Assembly (NCBI GenBank): GCA_002371825.1
Contig: DFHF01000022.1
Span: forward strand, 5,101 to 69,100
Length of the DNA stretch: 64,000 bases
Reading direction: 5' to 3'
DNA from: Ruminococcus flavefaciens
GTDB taxonomy: Bacteria; Bacillota; Clostridia; Oscillospirales; Ruminococcaceae
Shown here: piece after piece, positions 18,391 through 28,458 of the stretch
Position numbering within the stretch: position 1 is the stretch's first letter
Layout: each line of letters starts with the position of its first letter
Position numbers and translations under genes: made by a program
Notes under the pieces: generated by a model
Told to the model about the DNA's origin: nothing
What the model saw: the letters and a program-made list of their open reading frames with translations, nothing else
Database searches by the model: none

Positions 18391-19074
18391 CTATTCATAG
18401 AGCGATGCCAGAAAGTCCGGGTCAATATCGATACAGCTGCTGTTTTTGGGTACGCAGGCTATGACCTGGAGATTTGTCAGGTATTCGCACATTCTTTTGT
18501 TATCCTCATGCATGATATCTCCCTCGGAGAAATTATTGAAGATAATTCCTTTTACTTTCAGCCCGTGGGACTGCATATACTTGCAGGTCAGAACAACGTT
18601 GTTTATAGTGCCCAGGCCTGCATCTGCAATTATAAGGCAGGGGAGGTCAAGCTGTCGGATAATATCCTCAAGGAAGAGCTTTTCATTGTCGAAGCGTATG
18701 GGGCATATAATACCGCCGCTGCCTTCGACGGTGACGAGATCATATTTATTGCAGACCTTGCTGTAGCATTCCATTACGGTCTTCATGTCCACCGGACCGC
18801 CTTCAATTTTAGAGGCAAGGTGAGGTGAGACTGCTGTTCTATATACATAGGGACACATCTCTGAAAGCGGCTGATCTATTCCTGATACTGTTTTAACATG
18901 AATAGCATCTCCGGGGATGAGGCTGCCGGAAAGATCACGTTCATTGCCGCTCATAGCAGCTTTGAAGTAAGCGGCGTTCCGTCCGGATCCTCTCAGCTTT
19001 TTCAGAATAAGTCCGGTGACATAGGTCTTGCCGATGTCGGTTCCCGTACCTGTGATGAATAATCCCTTGCTCAT
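18391..19074 (-). CDS. bioD: Dethiobiotin synthase
   Basis: FITGTGTDIGKT, VEGSGG, GLGTIN. Confidence 0.95.
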   Translation of the reverse strand: MSKGLFITGTGTDIGKTYVTGLILKKLRGSGRNAAYFKAAMSGNERDLSGSLIPGDAIHVKTVSGIDQPLSEMCPYVYRTAVSPHLASKIEGGPVDMKTVMECYSKVCNKYDLVTVEGSGGIICPIRFDNEKLFLEDIIRQLDLPCLIIADAGLGTINNVVLTCKYMQSHGLKVKGIIFNNFSEGDIMHEDNKRMCEYLTNLQVIACVPKNSSCIDIDPDFLASLYE

Positions 19075-19079
19075 TATTA

Positions 19080-20045
19080 TTATCTCCTTTCGATGTCAAG
19101 ACCCATGCTGCGAAGCATTTCTGTGTCTGATCTTATGTCGTTTCCTGATGTTGTAAGCATATCTCCGGTAATAGTAGCGTCTGCGCCGGAGAGGAAGGCC
19201 TGCTTTCCGCATTCGCTCATAAGGTCACGGCCGGCGGCAAGACGGATATTAGCCTCAGGAAGTATATAGCGGAAAATAGCAACTGTCCGGAGGATATCCT
19301 CCTCTGTGAGACGTTTTTCACCCTCGAAGGGAGTGCCCTTTATAGGCATGAGGGCATTTATTGGAACAGAGCGTACATTCAGCTCTGCAAGAGTATCTGC
19401 CATATCTATCCTGTCCTCCCAGGTCTCTCCCATACCTATGATGCCGCCGGAACAGACTTCAAGTCCCGCAGCCTGAGCACGTTTTATACAGGCGATTTTG
19501 TCATCGAAGGTGTGGGTGGTACAGATATTCGGGAAGTTGCGGCGGGAGGTCTCAAGGTTGCAGTGATAGCGCTTAACACCGGCCTCACGCAGACGTCTGA
19601 ACTGTTCATCGGTAAGCAGTCCGTGAGAGCCGCAGAGCTCAATATCACATTCCCTGTCCATACGCTTGTAGGCGGATACGGCTTTTTCAAAGTCTGAATC
19701 GCTGAGAGTACGGCCGGCGGTAACTATAGAGAAACGGTGTACTCCACGCTCGGCATTATGTCTGCACTCGGCCAGTATAGACTCCTCATCGAGAAATCCG
19801 TATTCGTTTATCCCAGTGCAGTTATGGGCAGACTGAGCGCAGAATTTACAGTTTTCCGAGCATCTTCCGCTTCGGCCGTTGATAATGCTGCAAAGGTCAA
19901 CGTGATCTCCGCAGAAGGCTTTTTTTATAGAATCAGCCCCTTTGCAGAGCTCTTCAAGGCCGGCAGTGATGAAAAAGGACTTGTCCTCGCTGTGGGACAG
20001 CCTTTTTCCAGAGATGATCTCTTCTGCAAGTTTTATCATATCCAT
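19080..20045 (-). CDS. bioB: Biotin synthase
   Basis: SGRCSENCKFCAQS, HCNLETS, CSGGIIGMGE, IRLAAGR; start moved to ATG 20045 behind an aggag RBS. Confidence 0.95.
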   Translation of the reverse strand: MDMIKLAEEIISGKRLSHSEDKSFFITAGLEELCKGADSIKKAFCGDHVDLCSIINGRSGRCSENCKFCAQSAHNCTGINEYGFLDEESILAECRHNAERGVHRFSIVTAGRTLSDSDFEKAVSAYKRMDRECDIELCGSHGLLTDEQFRRLREAGVKRYHCNLETSRRNFPNICTTHTFDDKIACIKRAQAAGLEVCSGGIIGMGETWEDRIDMADTLAELNVRSVPINALMPIKGTPFEGEKRLTEEDILRTVAIFRYILPEANIRLAAGRDLMSECGKQAFLSGADATITGDMLTTSGNDIRSDTEMLRSMGLDIERR

Positions 20046-20058
20046 ATTAACAGCTCCT

Positions 20059-20610
20059 TTAAACAGAATGTGCATTCATATGCTTTATCACAGGCAGAAG
20101 TCTCTTTCCGAGGACTGCTGTAAGCACACAGAGGCAGATGTCTCCCGGTACAGGTATCAGGAAGCAGTAAGTGAGGATAGTCCATATGCCTATTGATGAA
20201 CCAAGCCAGAATCTGCTTATCATCCAGTAATAGACTATTCCCAGCACATAAACCACCAGCAGTCCGGCGAGGCAGGCTGTAACAAGACGCTTCATAGTTG
20301 GCTGACCGCCGTGTGATATGACTCCCGTCAGGTATGCTCCCAGCATAAAGCCGATAATATATCCGAATGTGGGCTGCATCACATACCAGATGCCGCCGCC
20401 GCCGGTGAATACAGGCAAACCTATCAGTCCCAGTACAATGTAAAGTCCGACTGCTGCGGCGCCTTTTTTGCCGCCCAGGAGAACTCCTGCGAGGGTAGTG
20501 AACATTACCTGAAGTGTTATCGGGCAGACCGGAACAGGTATCTTTATGTAAGCTCCTGCAATAATAAGTGCAGTGAACAGCGGTATCATGGTAATATCTT
20601 TTATTTTCAT
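20059..20610 (-). CDS. bioY: Biotin ECF transporter S component BioY
   Basis: VPITLQV, LGLIGLPVFTGG, PTFGYIIGF, PVPGD; all-hydrophobic profile. Confidence 0.93.
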   Translation of the reverse strand: MKIKDITMIPLFTALIIAGAYIKIPVPVCPITLQVMFTTLAGVLLGGKKGAAAVGLYIVLGLIGLPVFTGGGGIWYVMQPTFGYIIGFMLGAYLTGVISHGGQPTMKRLVTACLAGLLVVYVLGIVYYWMISRFWLGSSIGIWTILTYCFLIPVPGDICLCVLTAVLGKRLLPVIKHMNAHSV

Positions 20611-20639
20611 ATTAGACTCCTTTTATAGATGATATGTAT

Positions 20640-20692
20640 ATTATAGCATTGTCCAGAAGCTTTGTCAACCTGTTTTTAATAATTGGGTGACA
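20640..20692 (-). promoter_or_regulatory. bioY promoter with BirA-type operator
   Basis: TTGACA-17-TATAAT (20668 to 20640, minus). Inverted repeat TGTCAAC-N16-GGTGACA (20663-20692) overlaps the -35 and matches Firmicute BirA box geometry. Confidence 0.75.
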
Positions 20693-20844
20693 ATTAAAAA
20701 TAAATCCGGACACCTGTGCAGAAAACACAATGGTGTCCGGATATTCCTTATTGCTCACATCGGCCTGACCGATGCAATAACTATCGATATTTTATTGGCG
20801 GAATTATATCAGCTATCGTGAAAACGCTTTGCTGCTTGTCTTTA

Positions 20845-22527
20845 TCAGTTTGAAAAAGCTGTTCTTTCAAGTTCGTCAGCTCTTACAAGGGCTGTATCGA
20901 TGTGGCTGCAGAAGTTGTTTTTGCCGACACGTTCAACCAGACCTGCTTTTTCCATAGCGTGCATAGGCTGCTCATTGACGTGGGAGAATACCACCTTAAC
21001 GTTGTGACGCTCACAGCGCTTGACAATGCGGGTAAGAGACTCCACACCTGTAGCGTCTACAGCGGGAACATTTCTCATACGAATTACCAGAACATCGATA
21101 TTCTTATCATCAAGCATATACTTGAACTTATCGCTTGCGGCAAAGAACATAGGTCCGTTTATCTCGAATACACGGGTATTCTGAGGAATTTTCTTCAGGA
21201 GGATGTTATCGGGGTCAGTATCCTCGTCATCGATGTCTACCCAGGCATGAGCCTCGGTAACATCTGCCATACGCTTCATGAAGAGAAGTGCTGCAAGAAC
21301 GATTCCCACACCAATAGCAACTACAAGGTCAAATACAACTGTGAATATAAGTGTTACGAAAAGCACCATTATATCGCTCTTAGGAGCAGTCTTTATTGTG
21401 TTGCGGATATTTCTCCAGCCGCACATATTGTAGGCAACTATGAAGAGTATTGCGGCGATAGTGGGCATTGGGATAAGTGAGGCATAGGGCATGAGCACCA
21501 GAAGTATAATCAGTACCACTACAGAGTGGACCATACCTGCGATAGGAGTACGTCCGCCGTTCTTTACGTTAGCTGCAGTACGGGCAATAGCGCCGGTCGC
21601 AGGGATACCTCCGAAGAGTGCGGAGCCGATATTTGCGGCACCCTGTGCAACGAGCTCCATATTTGAGCGGTGCTTTGAGCCTATCATACCGTCAGCTACA
21701 ACGCAGGAGAGGAGGGATTCAACTGCTGCAAGCACAGCAATTGTGAAAGCATTTGGAACGAGAGCCTTTACTCTTGCGAATGTTACTTCAGGAACAGTGA
21801 ATATCGGAGGTGCGGAGGAGATAGAATACAGGTCTCCGATAGTATTGACATTTATGCCTGAGAGCTCAACTATAGCTGAGCATACGATGACTGCTATCAG
21901 GGATGCAGGTATCTTCTCCAGTTTTTTCGGCCATATTATCAGGATAGCCAGGGACAGCAGTCCTATCAGGAGAGCCTGCCAGTTGATAGTGTGCATACGG
22001 AGGCATATCTCGGATACCTTGTCAACGGTCTCAACTGGAGCCTTCTCGAATTTAAGGCCCAGGAAGTCCTTTATCTGGCCGATAAGTATTGTAACTGCGA
22101 TACCGAATGTAAAGCCTGTAGTTATGGTGCCGGGGATGTACTTGATGAGGGCTCCGAAACGGAAAAGTCCCATGATAATCATGATGACACCGGCCATAAC
22201 AGTGGAAATGATAAGTCCGTCCATTCCTTCGGAAGCCACGATGCCTGCAACTATAGTTGCAAATGCGGCAGTAGGACCAGCTATCTGCACACGGCTTCCT
22301 CCCAGGAAGGCCACTATGAATCCGGCTACGATAGCGGTATAAAGACCCTGTTCAGGTCCGACACCGGATGCCAGTGCCAGAGCGATAGAGAGGGGGAGAG
22401 CGATTATCGCAACGATGACTCCGGCTATAAGGTCCTTGATGAACTGCTCTTTAGAGTAGTTTTTCATTACGGAGAAAAGCTTTGGTTTAAGCTTCTCCTC
22501 AGTCGGTTTTTTTACATTTTCAGCCAT
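20845..22527 (-). CDS. SulP family anion permease with STAS domain
   Basis: DLIAGVIVAIIALPLSIALA, IAGPTAA, ESLLS, ATGAIART; C-terminal STAS (INGPMFFA, IRMRNVPAVDATG). Confidence 0.93.
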   Translation of the reverse strand: MAENVKKPTEEKLKPKLFSVMKNYSKEQFIKDLIAGVIVAIIALPLSIALALASGVGPEQGLYTAIVAGFIVAFLGGSRVQIAGPTAAFATIVAGIVASEGMDGLIISTVMAGVIMIIMGLFRFGALIKYIPGTITTGFTFGIAVTILIGQIKDFLGLKFEKAPVETVDKVSEICLRMHTINWQALLIGLLSLAILIIWPKKLEKIPASLIAVIVCSAIVELSGINVNTIGDLYSISSAPPIFTVPEVTFARVKALVPNAFTIAVLAAVESLLSCVVADGMIGSKHRSNMELVAQGAANIGSALFGGIPATGAIARTAANVKNGGRTPIAGMVHSVVVLIILLVLMPYASLIPMPTIAAILFIVAYNMCGWRNIRNTIKTAPKSDIMVLFVTLIFTVVFDLVVAIGVGIVLAALLFMKRMADVTEAHAWVDIDDEDTDPDNILLKKIPQNTRVFEINGPMFFAASDKFKYMLDDKNIDVLVIRMRNVPAVDATGVESLTRIVKRCERHNVKVVFSHVNEQPMHAMEKAGLVERVGKNNFCSHIDTALVRADELERTAFSN

Positions 22528-22677
22528 TTTAATACCTTCTTATAATCAAATTCACAGAACTTTATCATTATACTACTAATAATTGCCGATTTCAAGGGAT
22601 TTTTTTAGTTTTGTGAAAATTCGGTGAAATAAATATAATCTGGTAAGCGGTTGAAAATTAATTATATACGATTCAAC

Positions 22678-22708
22678 AAAAAAAGACTGCACCTGAGTGC
22701 AGTCTTTT
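22678..22708 (-). terminator. Intrinsic terminator after ispH-rpsA
   Basis: aaaaaaagactgcac-ctga-gtgcagtctttt. Confidence 0.85.
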
Positions 22709-22722
22709 ACGCAATATCTTAA

Positions 22723-24741
22723 TTATTCAGCATCCTCAGAAGGAGCAATGCCAGCCTCGTCAGAGTAAACTACATCAGAAGCAGCCTCTTCCTCAGCCTC
22801 TTCAGCCTCATCGTTCTCGATAAGAGCACGCATTGAGATGCTGATCCTCTTGGACTCTGTGTCGATGTCGATAATCTTAACATCAACCTCATCACCTACA
22901 GAGAGGATGTCCTTAACGTTCTCAACCTTCTTGTCAGCGATCTGAGAGATGTGGATGAGACCGTCAACACCGTCGATGATCTTAGCGAAAGCACCGAAGC
23001 TTGTGATAGAAACGATAGTTGCCTTAACAACGTCGCCTACTTTGTAGTTAGCCTTGAAGATCTCCCAAGGATTGTCCTCAGCCTTCTTGAAGCCGAGAGA
23101 GATCCTGTTCTCCTCACGATTGAGATCCTTGATGTAAACTTCAAGAGTATCACCAACAGAAACGACCTCGCTGGGGTGCTTGATCCTCTTCCATGAGAGC
23201 TCAGAGATATGAACCATACCGTCGATACCACCGAGGTCAACGAAAGCGCCGAAGCTTGTGAGTGACTTAACCTTGCCGACGAATGTCTGGCCAACTTCAG
23301 CTGTCTCCCAGAACTTAGCCTGAGCCTCAGCCTTGCGGGCATTCTGAACAGCCTTGATAGAACCAACAGCTCTCTTCTTGCCTTCTGTAACTTCGATAAT
23401 TGTGAATTCAACCTTTTTCTTAAGGAGCTCATCCAGCTCAGCGCCTCTGGGGAGACCTGTCTGAGAAGCGGGGATGAACACTCTTACACCGAGGTATGTG
23501 AGAGTAACGCCCTTGTTAACAACGTGCTGAACAACGCCCTCGAGAACAGTGCCTTCCTCGTAAGCCTTGACAACAGTGTCGTAACCAGCCTGCTCGTCAA
23601 CCTTCTTCTTGGAAAGCTGAGCAGTACCCTCTGCGTCATTTACCTTGATAACGATAAGCTCGATCTCGTCGCCGACCTTAACGATATCCTCGGGCTTCTG
23701 TGAAGGATCATCAGTAAGATCCTCAAGCTTAACGTAGCCGGTATGCTTTGTACCGAGATCAACGGTGATCTCAGCATTATCAACGCCTACAACTATGCCC
23801 TTGACTTTTTCTCCTGTATGTATTTTTTTGAATGACTCGTCGAGCGCCTGAGCGAAGTCGATCTCCTCATCCTGAATTGCTGTGAGATTTTCATTCTCTG
23901 CCATGGTTGTTTGTACCTCCTTGATTATATAAGCGGGGGTGGAAGCCCCTGCAGTAATGCCGATTCTTTCAGCGGCGGGAAGTTTTAAGGACCGAAGCTC
24001 GTCCGCATTTTCAATGTGATACGTTTTGCAGTAACGGCTGCACACCTCATATAATTTTACGGTGTTGGAGCTGTGTCTGCCTCCTACGACGAGCATAATA
24101 TCAGAATTCTGAGCGAGCTTGGCTGCATCAGACTGTCTTGCGTCGGTTGCGTTGCAGATGGTATCAAATATAACTATGTCTGGATCGTTCTTCGGGATCA
24201 CGTTTAAACACTCATCCCATACTACTATATTATACGTTGTTTGAGCCACAATTGCAAGCTTTTTTTTCAAATTTATGTATTTTTTTTCAAAAAAGTCTTT
24301 TAGCTCAAAATTGTCCTTGAAAACAAGGTGATTTTCGTCACAATGCCCAACTATGCCCTGTACCTCGGGATGTGAGCTGTCTCCGGCAATTAGGATAAAA
24401 TAGCCTTCTTTTGACTTTTCGGATACTATTTTATGTATCCTTGAAACGAAGGGGCAGGTGGCATCCAGCATACGGCAGCCTTTGGCTTCGATCTGCTCAT
24501 AAATGTCTCTTCCCACACCGTGGGAGCGTATTACAACGGTCTCATCCGGGGCAAGCTCATCCACGCTGCTGATCGTTCTTGCGCCTTTTGACTGCATATC
24601 GCTGACAACGTCCTGGTTATGGATTATCGGGCCAAGCGTAGCCACTTTTGTGTTCTTTTCGAGTTCGCCGTAGACCATTTTTACTGCACGGTCAACGCCG
24701 AAGCAGAATCCGGCGGACTCAGCAACAGTGACCTTACTCAT
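22723..24741 (-). CDS. ispH: Bifunctional 4-hydroxy-3-methylbut-2-enyl diphosphate reductase / ribosomal protein S1
   Basis: GFCFGVDRA, IIHNQ, RSHGV, DATCPFV, TICNAT, SSNT, ITAGASTP, then four S1 repeats (FGAFVDLGGIDGMVHISELSW). Confidence 0.95.
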   Translation of the reverse strand: MSKVTVAESAGFCFGVDRAVKMVYGELEKNTKVATLGPIIHNQDVVSDMQSKGARTISSVDELAPDETVVIRSHGVGRDIYEQIEAKGCRMLDATCPFVSRIHKIVSEKSKEGYFILIAGDSSHPEVQGIVGHCDENHLVFKDNFELKDFFEKKYINLKKKLAIVAQTTYNIVVWDECLNVIPKNDPDIVIFDTICNATDARQSDAAKLAQNSDIMLVVGGRHSSNTVKLYEVCSRYCKTYHIENADELRSLKLPAAERIGITAGASTPAYIIKEVQTTMAENENLTAIQDEEIDFAQALDESFKKIHTGEKVKGIVVGVDNAEITVDLGTKHTGYVKLEDLTDDPSQKPEDIVKVGDEIELIVIKVNDAEGTAQLSKKKVDEQAGYDTVVKAYEEGTVLEGVVQHVVNKGVTLTYLGVRVFIPASQTGLPRGAELDELLKKKVEFTIIEVTEGKKRAVGSIKAVQNARKAEAQAKFWETAEVGQTFVGKVKSLTSFGAFVDLGGIDGMVHISELSWKRIKHPSEVVSVGDTLEVYIKDLNREENRISLGFKKAEDNPWEIFKANYKVGDVVKATIVSITSFGAFAKIIDGVDGLIHISQIADKKVENVKDILSVGDEVDVKIIDIDTESKRISISMRALIENDEAEEAEEEAASDVVYSDEAGIAPSEDAE

Positions 24742-25387
24742 CGGCAGCCTCCTTGTTTTCATCCTGTTGTGTAACGGTATCCTGTGAAGGCTCCGGAGTT
24801 CCTTCCACGAGGGCTTTGATGTCGTCCATATAGCGCTTTTTCAGCTTTACGAGCTGACGGGGATTCGGGTCCTCCTGGGAGTCAACATAGTCCTGGGGAT
24901 AGATGGGCTCTCCGTATTTTACGATGAGCTTTGTACGGAATTTCAGCTTCTCTCCGTAGCATACACCTACGGGTATCACAGGCTTTCCGGAACGTGCAGC
25001 TATAAGTGCAGCTCCGGTATGGCCACGGCCGACTTTTCCGTCCTTAGAGCAGGTGCCTTCAGGGAATATCATGAAGTTGCGGTTATTATTGAGTGCTTCG
25101 ATGGATTTGTCGATAGCACCGGTATCACCCTTGCCTCTTGCAACCGGAAATGCGCCCAGGGAGCTTATTAGCCATGCGAAGAGTTTGTTTTTAAAGAGCT
25201 CTTCCTTTGCCATAAATGATATTTTTCCTCTTGCGCCGCAGGCTACGAGAGGCGGGTCGGTATAGCTGCGGTGGTTCGGAGCGTATATGACAGTTGTATC
25301 CTTCGGGATATTTTCTTTGCCTTCAAAGTGAAGGTTGTAAAGAATGCGGAAATAGAGCCGCACAAGAAATTTCAGAAAAGCATACAT
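24734..25387 (-). CDS. plsC: 1-acyl-sn-glycerol-3-phosphate acyltransferase
   Basis: NHRSYTD (HX4D), FMAKEELF, IFPEGT. Confidence 0.9.
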   Translation of the reverse strand: MYAFLKFLVRLYFRILYNLHFEGKENIPKDTTVIYAPNHRSYTDPPLVACGARGKISFMAKEELFKNKLFAWLISSLGAFPVARGKGDTGAIDKSIEALNNNRNFMIFPEGTCSKDGKVGRGHTGAALIAARSGKPVIPVGVCYGEKLKFRTKLIVKYGEPIYPQDYVDSQEDPNPRQLVKLKKRYMDDIKALVEGTPEPSQDTVTQQDENKEAADE

Positions 25388-26058
25388 TATTTATCACATC
25401 CTGTTTTTTCGGTGATTATGCGGATTATCTCGTTTGCAGAGCCTTCAAGATCGAGGTTGGTGGTATCAACGAGCACAGCATCCTCAGCTTGTTTAAGGGG
25501 AGCAGTCTCACGGTGCATATCCTGATAGTCACGCTTGATGATATCGTCGAGTATTTCCTGATATGATGGGCAGTCAGGCTTCTCGGCAAGCTCCTTATAG
25601 CGGCGGTTAGCTCTTTCCTCAGCAGAGGCGGTGAGGAATATCTTAACATCAGCGTCGGGGAGGACTACAGTTCCGATATCACGGCCGTCCATGATAACGT
25701 TGTTGGAGCGGGCGATGCTCTGCTGAGTGTCAAAGAGATATGCTCTTACTGCCGGGATAGCGGAAGTCCTTGAAGCGGCCATAGATATCTCGGGAGTTCT
25801 GATGACATCGGAAACATCCCTGTCACCGAGGAAAACTCTCTGGGCACCGTCGATGAATCTGAGAGAAACGTCAGCCTTTGGAAGTGACTTCTCGATATCC
25901 TCATCCGGTATGTTGTTCTCGGTGATGAAGAGTGCGATAGTGCGGTAGAGTGCTCCGGTATCAACATATATGAAGCCCAGCTTCTTGGATACCATTTTTG
26001 CGATTGTGCTTTTTCCTGCACCGGCAGGACCGTCGATTGCGATGTTGATATTTTTCAT
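25387..26058 (-). CDS. cmk: Cytidylate kinase
   Basis: IAIDGPAGAGKST, DTGALYR, MDGRDIGTVVLPDA. Confidence 0.96.
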   Translation of the reverse strand: MKNINIAIDGPAGAGKSTIAKMVSKKLGFIYVDTGALYRTIALFITENNIPDEDIEKSLPKADVSLRFIDGAQRVFLGDRDVSDVIRTPEISMAASRTSAIPAVRAYLFDTQQSIARSNNVIMDGRDIGTVVLPDADVKIFLTASAEERANRRYKELAEKPDCPSYQEILDDIIKRDYQDMHRETAPLKQAEDAVLVDTTNLDLEGSANEIIRIITEKTGCDK

Positions 26059-26110
26059 TGTTTTTACTCCTTTATTATGATGAAATATTATACTTTTATG
26101 TAGGGCAGTA

Positions 26111-26635
26111 TTACCGTTCCTTCATAAGCTGGCTGACAGATATGGTAAGATCAGCAGCAAGTGCGGTTATTCCGATAAGGCTGAGGGCTCCGCATATCCA
26201 TACCGGCAGTTTTTTGCTCAGCCAGCCGGATATGGGTCTCAGCACCCAGAAATATATTACTGCCATGCCTCCGAATACTGCACTTGATATTACACAGGAG
26301 CGGTCAAGTATTGACAGCGGCCATGTCCTGTAAGTCCAGAACTGCTGATGGAAGATGAACTCCAGCAGGTAGGAGGCTCCCAGTTCAAATACAGTAGTCA
26401 GAAGTGATGCGAATACGAACAGGAACAGCGGATTCCGCTTTTTCCTGAGTACTGCCAGCAGGATGAACGCTCCCACGGCATATATCGGAACTACAGGCAT
26501 ATGGAGTATGCCCCTGTTCTCATATTTCCTGAACATTATCCACATGACTGAGACCTCATACAGCCAGCCTGCCAGACCGGCAGTATAGAACTCAAATACA
26601 TAGCGGAAAATGCCCCTTATATATTTTTCCTTCAT
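26111..26635 (-). CDS. Membrane protein (putative ABC transporter permease-like, CmpB/DUF1113 type)
   Basis: GWLYEV...NRG.LH.P..PIYAVG and FELGASYLLE...W.Y pattern; four TM segments. Confidence 0.65.
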   Translation of the reverse strand: MKEKYIRGIFRYVFEFYTAGLAGWLYEVSVMWIMFRKYENRGILHMPVVPIYAVGAFILLAVLRKKRNPLFLFVFASLLTTVFELGASYLLEFIFHQQFWTYRTWPLSILDRSCVISSAVFGGMAVIYFWVLRPISGWLSKKLPVWICGALSLIGITALAADLTISVSQLMKER

Positions 26636-26644
26636 ATCATCCTC

Positions 26645-27016
26645 TTATCGGTTTATCGGAACTATCCTTGCACCAAAGGGCATGAGTGCAAGCCTTGCAA
26701 ACTTGAACATCTGAAGCCCGAATGGTATCCCGATTATTGTGATGCACATTATCAGTCCCACGAACAGGAAGAAAAGTGACATTGATACTCCCACTGCCAG
26801 CAGCCAGATAATATTTCCCAGCAGACTTACTGTCCCGCTGCCGTACTGGATATCCTTTCCGAATGGGAAGAATGAAAGTCCGGCGAATTTGAAGCACTGT
26901 ACCCCGAATGGGATAGCTATTATCGTGATGCAGCAGAGCAGACCGGCGATTATCCAGAAAAAACCGGCAATAAGTCCGCATATCAGAAACCAAAGAATAT
27001 TTCCCAATGTTCCCAT
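26645..27016 (-). CDS. YccF-domain inner membrane protein
   Basis: Duplicated LGNI.W...G...CITII.IPFG.Q.FK.A.L...PFG repeat. Confidence 0.85.
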   Translation of the reverse strand: MGTLGNILWFLICGLIAGFFWIIAGLLCCITIIAIPFGVQCFKFAGLSFFPFGKDIQYGSGTVSLLGNIIWLLAVGVSMSLFFLFVGLIMCITIIGIPFGLQMFKFARLALMPFGARIVPINR

Positions 27017-27031
27017 ATCATTTTACCCCTT

Positions 27032-28249
27032 TTACATATACAAAGCCGCAGAATATGCGGTAGAAAAAGCTATCTGAAGATTGAAGCCGCCGGTGTAGGC
27101 ATCAATGTCGATGACTTCACCTGCAAAGAATAGTCCCGGCAAAAGTTTTGATTCCATAGTACGAGGGTCTATCTCCTTGACGGATACCCCTCCGCTGGTT
27201 ATGATGGCCTCGTCTATGGGACGGAATCCGGATATCCTTACCGGGAAGGACTTGATGAGTTCTCCGAATTTATGCCTCTGTTCACGGGTTATCCCGTTGA
27301 CCTTCTGTTCAGGAGAAATGCCGCTGAGCCTTACTGCCACCGGTATAAGCTTTGCCGGCAGAAGCTTTCTTATCCCGTTTATGAAGTCACGGTTGAGGTT
27401 TTCCGCAAAATCACGCTGTATCCTTGCGTCGAGCTGTTCCGGAGAAAGACCGGGTTTAAGGTCTATCTTCAGGCTGTATCTGTTGGGCTCCATTTCTCTA
27501 ATGTGAGAGCTTGCACTTAGCACAAGAGGTCCCGAGAGGCCGAAGTGAGTGAAGAGCATCTCCCCGAGTTCGCTGTATATTGGTTTTTCTCTGTCATAGA
27601 GAGTGAGGGTGACATTCCTGAGTGAAAGCCCCATCATCTCTGCGCAGAATTTGTCCGGAGATGTCAGCGGCACAAGACTTGGCTTCAGCTCAGTAATTGT
27701 GTGGCCGGCTGATTCTGCAAGAGTATATCCGTCGCCGGTAGAGCCGGTGTTAGGATAGGATTTCCCTCCGCAGGCGATAAGTACGGAATTTGCCATATAT
27801 TCTTCGTTTCCGGAGCGTACTCCGCAGCAGCGTCCCTCATTTATGATAAGCTTTGTAACTCTTTTGTGTATCACTTTTACTCTAAGTTTTTTCATTTCCC
27901 CAGCCATTGCATCTGCAATGTCATCAGCCTTGTCGCTGACGGGGAACACACGGTTCCCTCTTTCGGTTTTCAGAGCTACCCCAAGCTCCTCAAACAGAGC
28001 CATTGTGTCCTCAGGGGAGAAAAGTGAGAAGGAGCTGTACATAAATCTGGGATTTACAGGGATATTCCGCATATGCTCCTCTGAGGGAGAGTTATTGGTG
28101 ACGTTGCAGCGTCCCTTTCCGGTTATGCGGAGCTTTCTGCCCAGCTTTTCATTTTTTTCAAATACAAGCACGGATTTGCCCAGCCTTGCCGCCTGTAAAG
28201 CAGCCATACAGCCGGCAGCACCTCCGCCGATTATGATAATATCAGTCAT
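27032..28249 (-). CDS. HI0933/YhiN family flavoprotein
   Basis: GGGAAG, ITGKGRCNVTN, GEMLFTHFGLSGP, TSGGV, GEVIDIDAYTGGFNLQ. Confidence 0.92.
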   Translation of the reverse strand: MTDIIIIGGGAAGCMAALQAARLGKSVLVFEKNEKLGRKLRITGKGRCNVTNNSPSEEHMRNIPVNPRFMYSSFSLFSPEDTMALFEELGVALKTERGNRVFPVSDKADDIADAMAGEMKKLRVKVIHKRVTKLIINEGRCCGVRSGNEEYMANSVLIACGGKSYPNTGSTGDGYTLAESAGHTITELKPSLVPLTSPDKFCAEMMGLSLRNVTLTLYDREKPIYSELGEMLFTHFGLSGPLVLSASSHIREMEPNRYSLKIDLKPGLSPEQLDARIQRDFAENLNRDFINGIRKLLPAKLIPVAVRLSGISPEQKVNGITREQRHKFGELIKSFPVRISGFRPIDEAIITSGGVSVKEIDPRTMESKLLPGLFFAGEVIDIDAYTGGFNLQIAFSTAYSAALYM

Positions 28250-28457
28250 TTTTTCTGATGCGCCTCCGCAGTTTATTCTTCATGGCTGCACGTCGGGCAG
28301 CGGTAGCCGCTTTATCAGTCATCCAGCCATTTTCGCTTCTGACGAGGATATCTCCTTCCCGGGCATCCTCCGGGAGCTGATGCCCCGGTATGTTCAGTAT
28401 GCCGTTTTCTGTTTCAAGTACAGCAATATCGCCTTCAAAGCGTTCGAGTATAGTCAT
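28242..28457 (-). CDS. DUF3006-like small protein
   Basis: ILERFEGDIAVLE...LPEDAREGDIL; usual partner of ComEC-like MBL genes. Confidence 0.75.
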   Translation of the reverse strand: MTILERFEGDIAVLETENGILNIPGHQLPEDAREGDILVRSENGWMTDKAATAARRAAMKNKLRRRIRKND

Positions 28458-28458
28458 A

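Noticed and set aside
20902-22545. Long antisense ORFs opposite sulP (and similar ones opposite the NSS transporter, clpB, carB, ygiQ, bioA and others)
   Set aside because: They have no RBS or recognisable motifs and lie fully opposite confident genes; expected shadow frames from codon bias.
22723-26058. IspH-S1 fusion and cmk-plsC-ispH/rpsA order
   Set aside because: Real, but a well-known conserved arrangement in Clostridia.
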